64,000 nucleotides of DNA, taken from Eledone cirrhosa (taxonomy: Eukaryota). Below the pieces are notes generated by a model. It did not search any database. It was not told where the DNA came from and saw only the letters and a program-made list of their open reading frames with translations. The DNA lies in NCBI GenBank assembly GCA_964016885.1, contig OZ024763.1, forward strand, positions 20,894,001 to 20,958,000, written 5' to 3'. Of this stretch, positions 25,108-38,885 are shown piece by piece (position 1 is the stretch's first letter; every line of letters begins with the position of its first letter). The translations under genes were made by a program, and so were the position numbers.

Positions 25108-27361
25108 CCTGTAGAAGTCATTTTCTATGATAAAATGAATATACCTATACTCTGCTAACAACGTATTAAGTACCTTTTTTGATAGTTGTCGCCTCTCGAT
25201 TTACACCGGGATGCTACACACACACACACACACACAGACACATATATATATTTATTTTATTAAGGCTAAATAGTGAGTCTTGTTACTCTGGAGTTTCGTC
25301 TGTTTGTCACAGGGTTACACACACACACATACATATATTAGACCTGTCAACTCTCCCCGTCCGACGGGGACATCACACACCCACCCACTTTGGGGTGGGT
25401 GAACGATGTCTTCTCTTGTAAAAATGGGTATAGCTTTCATTATGTAAAATCTCCCCGGTGGATTGGGTGGTGGATTGGGCGGTGATAAAGGCGGTGGATT
25501 GGCAGTATCGGTAGAGGGTCGGACGCCATGCTTTCCAGCATAGTTACGTCCCTTTACGATCTGAGTTCAAATCCCGCCGAGGTTGACTTTGCCTTTCATC
25601 CTTACGGGGTCGATAAAATAAAGTACCAGTAATGCACTGGGTAATTGCTGGCCTTGTGCCTAAAGTAGAAACAATTATGTAAAATCTCCCCATTTTGCCT
25701 CATTTCTTCCCCATTTGGGGGCACTTTTTCATTGTACTCTCCGTTTGGGTTTTTAGAGGTTGGCAAATCTGATATATACCCTTAACAAGACAGAAACAAA
25801 CACTCACTAATTAAGCCACAGGTCTGCTTAACCCGCCGTTTACCTGCAGTTTAAATAAATAGCAACAAGCACCTGCAATATATTAAACGTTTACAAATTT
25901 ATAACAGGCACTTTCCTAAATATATAAATAAATAAAATCATGCATACATGCATCACACATGTGCAGATACAGCACCACATGCACGTGTGCACACGCGTTT
26001 ATGATACACTTGCAAGCATCAACGAACTCGCGTACATTTATTGTGTGTGGTCACTTGTGTGTATATGGTCGCTTGTATGTGTGTGTGTATGGTCGCGTGT
26101 GTATGTATGGTCGCGTGTGTATAATGTATGGTCGCGTGTGTATGTGTATGGTCGCTTGTGTGTGTGGTCGCCTGTGTGTATGTGTGCGGTCGCCTGTGTG
26201 TGTGTGTCGCCTATGTGTGTGTGTGCGGTCGCTTGTGTGCGTTCGCATTGGTATTCGTTGTTGTTTTTTGTTATTTTTATAACTATTTTCGTTTATTCGC
26301 TTCCATATAACGTATTTATATTTTTATATAATAAATTAATTTTACACACACACATCATCTTCACCGTTTAATGGCCATTTTTCCACGCTAGAATGAGTTA
26401 GACGAGTTGTCTTGTGAGATAAGCCAGATCAGGTGACCATGCCATGCTCATACTGAACTATTTCTGTCTTAGTTTCTACAACTGGATGCCCTTCCTAATG
26501 CCAAGCACATTTACAGTACTACAAAATTAAAGGGGAGGAGAAGAGGAGGGTGTGTAGAGAATACCCACACAATCACACCGCAACAAAGGATGGGGTTTCC
26601 CTCTAATAATTTTTCAGGCAACCCATCACAAGCGCAGCATTACCATGGCTAAATTGGTGCAATACCCAAACACCTTTCACCAGGAGCTTCATCTAATACA
26701 CAGGTTCTCAACTCATTTAGGCCAAACACCCCCTTTTGTCCCTAGAAATCACGAAACGCCCCCCCCCCCCCCCTCCTACCCTATTTTTCTATTTTTCAAT
26801 ATACTACTGATTTTGATATCAGTAGATTACTAAAAAATTGATTAACAATATTCAGGCAGCTGAGAGTATAAATACATTCCTTGAAAGGAAATATATAAAT
26901 TTAAAAAAAAGGAACATAAATGTTCCTTTTTTATGAATAAGGACCAGTTGAATTTGTTATATTCCCACCAGGCGATACCAGCTATTTTGAACATTTATAC
27001 AAGAGCAACTCTGTCTATCCCAAGAGTGCTCTTATCTGGAAGAAAGTGGCAATTATATCATTTAAAAGCTTTCCAATGTTCCCTTTAATGAAATGGACAG
27101 GATAAATGTTGATATCTAACTTGATGTTCCCTCTGCTTTGTGAGCTTAGAGACCCCGGAAGAGGGTTTTCATGACCACGTAAGAGGGTATATTTATTAGT
27201 AAATGGTAAAATATATACAACAAATGAGTAAGTGAATTGTAGTAGATGGTTTCCAGTCCAGTCAGACTGCAAGTACAAATAAAAAAATTGTTAGTTTACT
27301 TTGTAACAATAGCATAACCAAGTTTTTGTATAAATCAACTTACTTTAACTTTGACCTCATT

Positions 27362-27786
27362 TCAATGGGACCCTTGAGCTTCATGGAGTCTAGCTAACTC
27401 TTTGACGCCAGGCTGGATTTTCGTAAGATGTAGCCGGAGATCTCCACGCGTAATTACATTGTAGCGGTTGCGAACCTTACTGTACAGTCTGGAAACAGCG
27501 CCAAACCCCCCCCCCTCTCGACTAAGTATGAGCTTGGAAAAGGCGGAGCAAATCTCTTAGCGTCTGCATGTAGGTGTGGAAATCGACGGTGAATTTCCTC
27601 TTGCATCCCAAAAAGGGGTTAACCTATTTTGGGAAATCTAATTTTGATCATGTCATCTGCTTGAAGTTCAATGAATTCTTCCTGAAATTTAACATCCAAA
27701 TCGTCGACGTTAGCTATGAAGGGATCTGCTATCCACATTGGGATGTCCATCGGCAAAAGGTCAACAAACCGTTCTCTCATGTTGTC
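27362..27786 (-). pseudogene. hAT-Charlie/Buster transposase C-terminal (dimerisation) region
   Basis: Manual translation: ..WIADPF..QEEFIELQAD..(stop)..PFPSSYLVERG/FGAVSRLYSKVRNRYNV..RGDLRLHLTKIQP..HEAQGSH*; frameshift at the G run. Confidence 0.88.
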
Positions 27787-28220
27787 TTGTATTACCTGCT
27801 TATGTGTTGTATGTGGTCCTAGAATATGTATTACCTGCCTGTATGTGGTCCTAGATGTATGTATTACCTGCCTGTGTGTTGTATGTAGTCCTAGATGTAT
27901 GTATTACCTTGTTATGTGTTGCATGTGGTCCTAGATGTGTGTATTACCTGCTTATGTGTTGTAGGTGGTCCTAGAATATGTATTACCTGCCTGTATGTGG
28001 TCCTAGATGTATGTATTACCTGCCTGTGTGTTGTATGTAGTCCTAGATGTATGTATTACCTTGTTATGTGTTGCATGTGGTCCTAGATGTGTGTATTACC
28101 TGCTTATGTGTTGTATATGGTCCTAGATGTGTGTATTACCTGCTTATGTGTTGTAGGTGGTCCTAGATGTGTGTATTATCTGATTATGTGTTGTATGTAG
28201 TCCTAGATGTGTGTGCTACC
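27787..28220. repeat. ~30-40-bp minisatellite inside the hAT element
   Basis: gtattacctgcttatgtgttgtatgtggtcctagatgt repeated about 11 times. Confidence 0.9.
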
Positions 28221-31200
28221 CGCTTCTTTTCTTTTTTTATTTGTAATATTTTTTATACAATAGGGGATACAATAGATCTACATAGTGTTAACTCGTTACT
28301 GTGGGTTTTTCCATTTTTAGGATCTCAATTGCCGGTTAATGTCTAGACATGCCTGCACACCTGCTCACAGCTGCGGTCAGACCATAGTTATGCTGTCTGC
28401 ATGCTCATTCAAATGCATTTACACAGGCTGTCTCAAAGACATACAAATATGGCTTATAAAACTTACCAAAGTAAAGAGCCATCCAGCACCCCCTAAAGCT
28501 CTAAACGCCCCCTTGCTCCTAAACGCCCCCTGGAGTTCCGAAACGCCCCCCAGGGGTGCATATACCCCCCCGTTGAGAACCTTTGATCTAATATATCAGT
28601 AAGGCAACCCCAATAACAATGACAGAGAACATCGTTGTCAGCGGCCCTGCTTCCCCAAACGCTTCTCGACTTGCTAGAAATAGTAGCCAAATCTCCCTCA
28701 AACCACATCATTACATGTAAACAAAAGCAAGTGGACACTTTGAACAATGTAGATAAAAATACACTTTTTGAAGAAGACATTAAAGTATTATTATTATAAA
28801 TATAAATAAAGTGCCAGTCATGCACTGGGGTCAATTTAATCGACTTTTCCTTTCCCCCAAATTGCTGGCCTTGTGCCAAATCAGAAACCATTATTAAGGG
28901 CAATTGGTTGGCAGTATTTGCAGAGCATCGGACAACATGCTTTGCAGCATAGAGTTGCGTCCCTTTACGTTCTTAGTTCAAATCTTGCTGAGGTTAGATT
29001 TGCCTTTCATCCTTATGGGGTAACGCACAGGAGTCAATTTAATTGACTTTGCCCCCAAAATTGTTGGTCTAAACCATAAAACCATTATTAGTCAGGTAAC
29101 TAATCCATACTTCAGTTTAGTAACCGGATGGTTATTTGATTGTCATATTAATTGTCAAAGTCTTTTTCACTGAACACTGTGTGACCTTCTCAATGACAAT
29201 TCCTGCTGTTGTCCTCAATCAAAGCAAGAGAAAAAGAAAAGGTATTCTCCAAGCTTTATTTAGCTTAGGGTCACAACATGTATAAATCTCCTCTTGATTT
29301 TGATTTTGTTTTGTTCGTGCCATCTTTCTAATCTGTTTAGTAAACCTTAACCCGCTGATGTATTTGAAAACTACTAATAATGGTTTCTCATTAAGGCAGA
29401 GGGCCAAGAAATTTGAGGGGAAGCAAAAGTCGATTAAATTGGTTCCAGTGTATTACTGGTACTTTATTTTATAAACCCCGTAAGGATGAAAGGCAAAGCT
29501 AATCTCAGCAGGATTTGAAGTCAGAACGTAAAGGACCATAATTCTATGCCACTAAGCATGTTGTCCAATGCTCTACTGATACTGCCAACCCACTCAGAAT
29601 GTAAAGGGCTGTAAAATAATAGTTTCTGATTTAGGCGCAAGGCCGGGAGAGGAGAAAGTTGATTAAATTGACCCCAGTTCATTACTGATACTTTATTTTA
29701 TTGATTCTGAAGGATGAAAGACAAAGCTAACCTTGGTGGGATTTGAACTCTGGACGTAAAAGGCCATAACTACATGCCACAAAGCATGGAGTCCAACACT
29801 CTACTGATAATGCCAACCCACTGCCTTTTAGTTACCTCACTAATTCAGCTGGTGCATGAGTTTTTATTGGCAACATGACCCTCCCAAAGTATAACAACTT
29901 ATGTATATATATGTATATAATATGCTACATTGGGTAAGTGACTTCTATATATAGTTTCTGGTTGACCAATGCCATGTGAGTACAATGTACTAATAACTCC
30001 TGATGGATTTGTTGGGGCACCAGAAATTTGGGCATTTTAAACCTGGCTAGGTCCATCGTTCTCCAGGGCTAATGAAAATAGCTGATTTCACCTGGAGAAG
30101 GAGAAGGAAAAGGAGAGAAAGTGAGATGGAGATATAGAAGAAGAATCAACCCTAGTCCTGGAGACTGGTACTTAATTTATCGACCTCGAAAGGATGAAAA
30201 GAAAACTTGGTTATGGTGGGATTTGACATTTTCATTTTCATTTAGCGTCAGTTCTTCCATGCTTGAATGGGTTAGACAGGTCGTCCATGCCAGGAGGCAT
30301 GTCTGGTCATGGTTAGTCATGTTGCACCTTGTTCCGGTGAGGACTGTAAATTTGGCCAGGTATATTACAGCTGGATACCCCTCCTAACACCAACCACATT
30401 TACAGTGTGGCTATGGAAATTAGAAATAAAAGAGCTAATGTGTGACAGTCAGACGGACAAAGGGGCTGTTTAGACAGGTGAACCTGTAATGAAGTTCTCA
30501 AAGAGATTCAACATGACCAATGCTGGATTTACCATTGTGCTCAGGTGTACTTAACCACAGGACCCTTTTGGCCAGAGTGGCTCATCTTCCTACCAAAAAA
30601 ATTTTTTACGATGAACTTTTCAAATGTTTGGGGCCTAACAACTTAACTAGCACAGGGTCTCATCATCATCGTTTATCTTCTACGCTAGCATGGGTTAGAT
30701 GGGAATTGACCCACTTGAGGCAAGATTGATTGGGTGACCATGTCTCGTTCCTATAGGACTGTATCTGGCATGTTTTCTACGGCTGGATGCCCTTCCTAAC
30801 ACCAACCACATTTACACTGTGGACTGGGGGCCTTTTTATTGTGTCTCCTACACGACCACTTTACAGCGTGGACTGGGTGTTTTTTTGTTGTGACACCCAC
30901 ACGACCTCTTTAGTGAGGACTGGATGTTCTGTGGCACCAACATAACTTTACAAAGAAAGGGTGGTGTTGGTGGGAATGGGAGGATGGGGTAGTTGGTTGG
31001 GGTGTATATTTGGTTAAGAAGTGCTTACTGATTGTAGGTTTAACTTTGTATGTAAGGAAGTTTGTCTTTAATCTGGCACTGAACATGACATAGGGTATGA
31101 TAAGGCTGGGTGGCCTTTTGAATTACAGGTACAACTCTAACACTCCTTGTGGTGGTGTGTACAGGTCTGCTCCCTCCCCTTTTACTTTTCTTTTTTTGTC

Positions 31201-31569
31201 AGTACTCTATATATCAACACAGGCGGGGAATTGGCAGAATCGTTAGAATGTCGGATAGAATGCTTTGCAGTATTCGTTTTGACTATGCTCTCTGAGTTCA
31301 AATCCTGCTGAGGTCAATTTTGCCTTCCATCTATTAAAGGCTGATAAAAAAAAGTACCAGTCTAGTACTGGGGTCGATTCTTTTTCTATATCTCTTTTTC
31401 ACTTTCTCTCACTTTCTATCCTTCTCTGTAAGAAATCTGTTGTAGTCAGGCTTGGAGAGGAGATGGACTCCACCAGGTTTAAAAAATGCCCTAAGTAATG
31501 CTGTATGTCAACCTGGCACCTCTACGACTCCATCAGGTGTTATGGGTCCATACTATGCCATATATCTGC

Positions 31570-31818
31570 AAATTCTATTTTGGTCATGTCATCAGGGCCC
31601 AAAATTTAACTACCCACATCTTTGAGGGTCAAATACAAGGGGAAAAGGGCCAAGGGACGGCAGAAAAGGAGATGGGCAGATGATATTAAGGAATGGATAG
31701 GAAGGAGTTAGGCGGAATGTACGGCAATGGCAAGAGACAGGAAAAGATGGAGGGTGCTGGTCTATAGGTCCATGACCCCTGACCCTCAGATATGAGGGTG
31801 GGATGAGAGCAAGCGAGC
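31570..31818 (+). mobile_element. RTE/BovB-like LINE C-terminal remnant
   Basis: FYFGHVIRAQNLTTHIFEGQIQG..., then after a frameshift RRWADDIKEW...ARDRKRWR. Confidence 0.7.
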
Positions 31819-33049
31819 GATAAATTCTAGAGTGGGAAATATCTTCTTGTTTAAGGACATGGTGTGTTGTTGGGAATTGAACTTACGACCTTATGATAGC
31901 AAGCCAAACACTTTACCCACTCAGCTATACACCTTCACAGGTGTAAAGAAAACATTTCACTTAAACGTGTTTATTGCTTGAGTAATTTCGACCATGTTCT
32001 GGTTTTACGAACATACACATACTATTATGAACATACACATACACATGCTATTACATCCTCAAACATACACACATACACACACACACATTACATATTCCAT
32101 ATTATCTTGCATAGACGTACACATACATTAATGTACACAGACATTGACACACATATACGTTGACACGTACATACGTTGACACACACATACATTGACGTAC
32201 ACACACATTAATGCACACATACATTAATGCACACATACATTAATGCACACATACATTAATGTACACATACATTCACAAACACACACACACACACAATCAT
32301 TTAGACAGAGTTAGCGAGAAAGGAGGGGAAAAGAATCAGCCCTCCTCCTCATCCTTTCTCTCTATCTCACTCCCTCTCCTTTCTCTCTATCTCCAGCACC
32401 CTCTCTCTTTCTTTCTATCTCTCTTTTTCCTCCCCTTTCTCTCCATCTCTCTTTTTCCTCCCCTTTCTCTCCATCTCTAACAGTCACCCTCACCTTTCTC
32501 TTCATCTCTCCATCTTGTTCCCTTTCCTTTCTCTCCATCTCTCTTCCCTCCCCTTTCTCTCCATCTCTAACATGCTCTCCCTTTCTTTCCATCTTCTTCC
32601 TTCTTGTCTCTCCATCTCTAATTCTCCTCCTTTCTGTCCCCACTTCTCATCTCTCTCTCTTCGCTTCTGTTCATCACTTTCTCTTCACTTCTCATCTCTC
32701 TCTCTTCCACTCTCATCACTCTCACCTACACCACAATCACCACCACCACCATCACTACCATAGTCATTATAGTGCAGTGGATTGGTAGAATCGGTAGAGC
32801 GTCAGACAAAATGCTTTGCAGTATTTAGTTATGGTCCTTTTACGTTCTGAGTTCAAATCCTGCCTTTCATCCTCATGGGGTCGATAGAATAAAGTACCAG
32901 TAATACACTGCGGTCGATTTAATTGGCCTTGTGTTAAATGTAGAAACAATTATTATATAACATTTTAAGAATATCCTCTTGTCCTTTTTTTCTATTTTCT
33001 TTCTTCTCTTGCTTTAAAAAAAAATTTAGAAAATTAAGTGGCATGTTTG

Positions 33050-33595
33050 AGTCTGGTGTGGTGTGGTGTCGTGTCGTCTGGTCTAGTGTGGTGTGGTCTG
33101 GTGTGGTGTTGTCTGATGTGGTGTGGTGTGATGTAGTGTGGTGTGGTGTGGCACACCACACCACACCACATCTGGTCTGGTCTGGTGTGGTGTGGTCTGG
33201 TGTGGTGTCGTGAGTTCTGGTGTAGTGTGGTGTTGTCTGATGTGGTGTAGTGTTGTCTGGTGTGATGTGGTGTGGTGTGGTGTGGTGTGGTGTGGTGTGA
33301 TGTGGTGTGGTGTGATGTGTGGTGTAGTGTGATGTGATGTGGTGTAGTGTTGTCTGGTGTGGTATAGTGTTGTCTGGTGTGGTGTGTGGTGTGGTGTGGT
33401 GTGATGTAATGTAGTGTGGTGTAGTGTTGTCTGGTGTGGTGTAGTTTAGTGTGGTGTGGCGTGGCGTGGTGTGGTGTAGTGTTGTGTGGTGTTGTGTGGT
33501 GTGGTGTGATGTGATGTAATGTAGTGTGGTGTGGTGTAGTGTTGTCTGGTGTGGTGTAGTGTGGTGTGGTGTGGTGTGGTATGATGTGTGGTGTG
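33050..33595. repeat. (GGTGT)n pentanucleotide satellite with a short internal inversion (~33152-33170)
   Basis: Direct inspection. Confidence 0.9.
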
Positions 33596-33685
33596 CACAA
33601 AAAGAAACGAAGTAATTAAAGATAGACTGAATTAAGGCGAATGAAAAGTAGACATTGATATAGGATAAATGTTGGAGACGATCAT

Positions 33686-33745
<60 letters not shown>

Positions 33746-33785
33746 TGTATATATACACATACATACATACACACACACACGCACG

Positions 33786-33829
<44 letters not shown>

Positions 33830-34005
33830 AAGTTGTATTTAATTTGTTGGAATTCCGACAAACATAAATGTTTATAACTGATATAGAGCACTCAACAGAC
33901 TGGAGTAAATATTCCAAGATATTAATAAATGGAAATTATAAAATAAAATAAATATGGTTTTATAAATATAGTTTCCATTTATTAATATCTTGGTATATAT
34001 ATATT

Positions 34006-34060
<55 letters not shown>

Positions 34061-34199
34061 TGTGGTAATGGATGAGATAAGGGTGCATGTTGTGGTAATA
34101 GACGGGATGGAGATATGTGTGGGGTAACAGAAGTTAATGGTGATTGGCGAGGGGTGGGGCAGAAGCAAGAGAGGGATGGGTGGTGTACAGGGGTAGGAG

Positions 34200-35570
34200 G
34201 AAGATAGAAGCAAGTGGAGGATGGGTATGTTACAGGGTCAGGGGGGAAACAGAAGCAAGTGGTGGATGGGTGGGTCACAGGGGCAAGGGGGAAGACAGAA
34301 GCAAGTGGTGGATGGGTGGGTCACAGGGGCAAGGGGGAAGACAGAAGCAAGTGGTGGATGGGTGGGTCACAGGGGCAAGGGGGAAGACAGAAGCAAGTGG
34401 TGGATGGGTAGGTTACAGGGGCAGGGGGAAGACAGAAGCAAGTGGTGGATGGGTAGGTTACAGAGGCAAGGGGGAAGACAAGCAAGTGGTGGATGGGTGG
34501 GTCACATGGGCAGGGGGAAGACAGAAGCAAGTGGTGGATGGGTGGGTCACAGGGTCAGGGGGAAGACAGAAGCAAGTGGTGGATGGGTGGGTCACAGGGG
34601 CAGGGGGAAGACAAGCAAGTGGTGGATGGGTGGGTCACAGGGGCAGGGGGAAGACAGAAGCAAGTGGTGGATGGGTAGGTTACAGGGGCAGGGGGAAGAC
34701 AGAAGCAAGTGGTGGATGGGTAGGTTACAGAGGCAAGGGGGAAGACAAGCAAGTGGTGGATGGGTGGGTCACATGGGCAGGGGGAAGACAGAAGCAAGTG
34801 GTGGATGGGTGGGTCACAGGGTCAGGGGGAAGACAGAAGCAAGTGGTGGATGGGTGGGTCACAGGGGCAGGGGGAAGACAAGCAAGTGGTGGATGGGTGG
34901 GTCACAGGGGCAGGGAGAAGACAGAAGCAAGTGGTGGATGGGTGGGTCACAGGGGAAGGGGGAAGGCAGAAGCAAGTGGTGGATGGGTGGGTCACAGGGG
35001 AAAGGGGGAAGACAGAAGCAAGTGGTGGATGGGTAGGTTACAGGGGCAGGGGGAAGGCAGAAGCAAGTGGTGGATGGGTAGGTTACAGGGGCAGGGGGAA
35101 GGCAGAAGCAAGTGGTGGATGGGTAGGTTACAGGGGCAAGGGGGAAGACAGAAGCAAGTGGTGGATGGGTGGGTCACAGGGGCAAGGGGGAAGACAGAAG
35201 CAAGTGGTGGATGGGTAGGTTACAGGGGCAGGGGGAAGACAAGCAAGTGGTGGATGGGTGGGTCACATGGGCAGGGGGAAGACAGAAGCAAGTGGTGGAT
35301 GGGTGGGTCACAGGGGCAGGGGGAAGACAGAAGCAAGTGGTGGATGGGTAGGTTACAGGGGCAGAGGGAAGTCAGAAGCAAGTGGTGGATGGGTAGGTCA
35401 CAGGGGCAAGGGGGAAGACAGAAGCAAGTGGTGGATGGGTAGGTTACAGGGGCAAGGGGGAAGACAGAAGCAAGTGGTGGATGGGTAGGTTACAGGGGCA
35501 GGGGGAAGACAAGCAAGTGGTGGATGGGTAGGTTACAGGGGCAGGGGGAAGACAAGCAAGTGGTGGATGA
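34200..35570. repeat. G-rich 41-46-bp minisatellite, about 30 copies
   Basis: Unit gggggaagacagaagcaagtggtggatgggtgggtcacaggggca. Confidence 0.95.
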
Positions 35571-35629
35571 GAAAAGAGTGAAGAGGAGGAATTAAAAGAT
35601 CGATTGCTGTTGAACTTCTATCTTCTACC

Positions 35630-36997
35630 TCTGTTGTCTTCTTTTTCTTCTTCTTCTTCTTCTTCTTCTTCTTCTTCTTCTTCTCCTTCTCCTTCTCCTT
35701 CTCCTTCTCCTCCTTCTTCTTCTTCTTCTTCTCCTTCTTCTCCTTCACTAAAGATCTAGATAGAAGAATAACTAAAAAAAAAGAAGAGAAAACCATTTCC
35801 TTTATTTTTATGTAATGGGAAAGAAAATGTATTGGTTTTCTTCTCTCTAAGCCCCCCCCCCCCCACACTTTTCTTCTCTTGTCTCGTCCTCTTGTCTGTC
35901 TGTTTGTCCCTTTTTGCTTGTCTGTCTGTCTGTATTGCCTGTCTGCTCCCTGTCTGTCTGTCTGTCAGTCGTCTTGTTTGTCAGTCGTCTTGTTTGTCAG
36001 TCGTCTTGTTTGTCTGTCTGTCTGTCTGTTTGTATGTCCGTCTGACTGTCTGTTTGTTTGTATGTCGGTCTGTCTGTCCTCTGTCTGTCTGTCTACCCTG
36101 TCTGTCTGTCAGTCGTCTTGTCTGTCTATTTGTATGCCGGTCTGTCTATCTATTTGTCTGTTCTCTGCCTGTCTGTCTACCCTGTCTGTCTGTCTGTATC
36201 CCTATTTTCTTCTTGTGGAGTTTTGGATGATTTTCTTTTAATAAAAAGCGAAATCTATTAGGTTTTCTTCATTCAAAACACAAACACTTACACAACACAC
36301 ACAAATACCCAACACACACTTACACAACACACACTCACCATACACCCAACACACATACCACACACACAACACACTCACCATGCACTCACCATACACTCAA
36401 TACACACTCACCATACACACAACACACATCCAATGCACACTCACACAACACACACCCAACACACACTCACACAACACACACTCACCACATACACACACTC
36501 AACACATGCACACACTCACCACACATACATACTCACACACACTTAACACATACAACACACTCACCACACATTCAATATATGCTCCACACACACACACTCA
36601 ACACATTCAACACACACACACACACACTCAACACACCACATACACACTCACAACACATACTCAACACACACACTTAGTACACAACACACACACTTAATAC
36701 ACACAACACACTCACTCAACGCATTCAACACACACTCAATACATTCAACACGCACACACACACACTTAGTACACGCAACACACACACACACACACATTCT
36801 TGCTCTTTTATATAATTTCTACCTTTTTATGTCTATCATCATCCATGCTCCCCCTCTCTCTTACATTCTTATTTCCATCTTCCTACTCCCCCCTCCTTTC
36901 TATCTCTTGTCTCTCTTCCACACACCCTCCATCTCTTATTTCTATCCACCCCTCTCTTTCTCTTCTCTCTGTCTCCTCTCTCTCTCTTATTTCTATA

Positions 36998-37040
<43 letters not shown>

Positions 37041-37084
37041 CATCCTCTCTCTCTCTCCCTCTCTATCTCTCTCTTATTTCTATA

Positions 37085-37157
<73 letters not shown>

Positions 37158-37214
37158 CAGTCTTTCTTCCCCCTCGATCTGCTATATTTGTCTTTTTCTC
37201 CCCCTCTCTATCTC

Positions 37215-37259
<45 letters not shown>

Positions 37260-37530
37260 CATACGTGTGTGTGTGTGTGTCTTCCTCCCTTCTCTATATA
37301 TAGCTTTCCTTTCTCTTCATTTCATGCCTGTATGTGTGTATGTGTGTATGTACATGTATGTATGTGTATGGTGGGGGATTTAAAATTATTGAAACAAAAT
37401 TATTCGATATACCATTTCCACCACCACACCACTACCAATTTCAATTTTTTAAAACTGTGTGTGTGTATGAGTGTATATATATGTATGTATGTGTATATAT
37501 ATGTGTGTGTTATATAAATTTGAATGCATG
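35630..37530. repeat. Cluster of simple repeats: (CTT)n, (TCTG)n, (CA)-rich, (CT)n, (TA)n
   Basis: Direct inspection. Confidence 0.9.
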
Positions 37531-37864
37531 CAAGTAAGAAGAAAAAGAAAGAGGGAGAGAAGAAAAAATGTTAGCTTTTTTTTTTCTTCTATGGTTGCCG
37601 CTGTAACCATAGAAACAGGTTTTATGTTCTCCACAGGTTGTCAAATATGTTTCCTATGTTTGGTTTTGAATAGGGATTATTCTTTATTCGAAGGCTTTTG
37701 TTTTGAATCTATTTCTAATCTATCAAATATACCCACCGCCTTAACCCCACTCCTCAACCGACTGACAGACTGTCTATTTAAATATTCAAAGACTGAGACA
37801 CTCACTCACTTCTTCACTAAGCCATTCTCTCAAGAAAGCCTGCACAGTGCTCTCTGTCTCTACA

Positions 37865-38610
37865 TGTAAGTGGAGTTCCATTGAAACAGGTGGAGAAGTT
37901 AAAGTAACTTGGGGGCCGTTTTCATGAGTCATAGAAGGCATAGGGCTGAATTGATTGCAAGAATTACAGGAGCTGGTTCAGTAATATGCCAGCTTTGGCT
38001 TCAGCATTTGGTCATCAGAAAAAGGGAGCTAGGTGTAAAAGCCAAACTCACTATCTTAAATTCAGTGTTTGTGCCTACTCTTGCCTATGCCCATGCGTCT
38101 TGGGTAATGACCAAAAGAATATGATCACAAATACAACTGGCCGAAATGGGGTTCCTCCAAAGGGTCTTTGGAGTAATGTTACTCAATAGAGTGCATAGCT
38201 CTAAGATCAAACCCCACCAAGGTCAACTTTGCCTTTCATCTTTTCAAGGTCAATAAAAATGTACCAGTCCAATACCAGGGTCTATTTCTCTTCTGTATCT
38301 CTTTCTCACTTCTCCTCTCACACTCTCTCTCTATTTCCTAACTCAGAGATCAGAGAGTCACTCCAGTTAGTCAACATTACTCCGAATTGAGAGATCACAG
38401 CTCCGATTCTGCATATATCTGGTTAGATGTCTAAGGAAAGAATTGCTGGACAATTTTCATGAGCAATGTCAGCCAGTAGGTGACCCAGGGGTAGACCCCA
38501 ATCAAGATGGTTGGATAACATCCATGAGCTCAGTTGGTCTCACTTGGGGATTCAGCCAGATTATTTGGAGATGGTTGCATCTGACAGGACCTGCTGGAAG
38601 GAGTGTTTGA
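37865..38610 (+). mobile_element. Degenerate Rex3/Expander-like RTE fragment interrupted by a SINE piece (~38207-38345); related pieces 7160-7480(+), 11135-11560(+), 40450-40980(-)
   Basis: KRELGVKAKLTILNSVFVPTLAYAHASWVMTKR, IERSQLR and RP.GRP.ARW motifs with stops and frameshifts. Confidence 0.75.
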
Positions 38611-38834
38611 TAGGGCTAAGAAATGTATTATTTCGTCTTCAAGCTCATCCCTGATTGAACAGAGATTTATGATCAAAGGGGTTCCCATTGTGATCCTCCC
38701 CCCAGTGCTGGATTAAAAACTTACCGAGGTCCCTAAACTGCATAAAGCTTGAAGACCCCCACATTAACATAAAGTGTTAATCAAGTAATAAAGTAGATTC
38801 TTCCTTTTTCTTTTACTCTTTCACTTCTTCCTTT

Positions 38835-38848
38835 GCTCTCTCTCTGTA

Positions 38849-38885
<37 letters not shown>

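Larger units (their letters stand above)
26699..28585 (-). mobile_element. Internally deleted hAT (Charlie/Buster) DNA transposon with intact ends
   Basis: TIRs CACAGGTTCTCAAC (26699) and GTTGAGAACCTTTG (28572-28585), 13/14 match; identical 8-bp TSD ATCTAATA at 26691-26698 and 28586-28593. Confidence 0.92.

Noticed and set aside
29150-29200. Family A hammerhead relic on minus strand
   Set aside because: Core (TTGAGAA) and stem II too decayed to call, though flanks match the family
34144-35442. 432-aa Gly/Trp-rich ORF
   Set aside because: The frame wanders among the three readings of a 41-46-bp minisatellite; no splice or domain evidence
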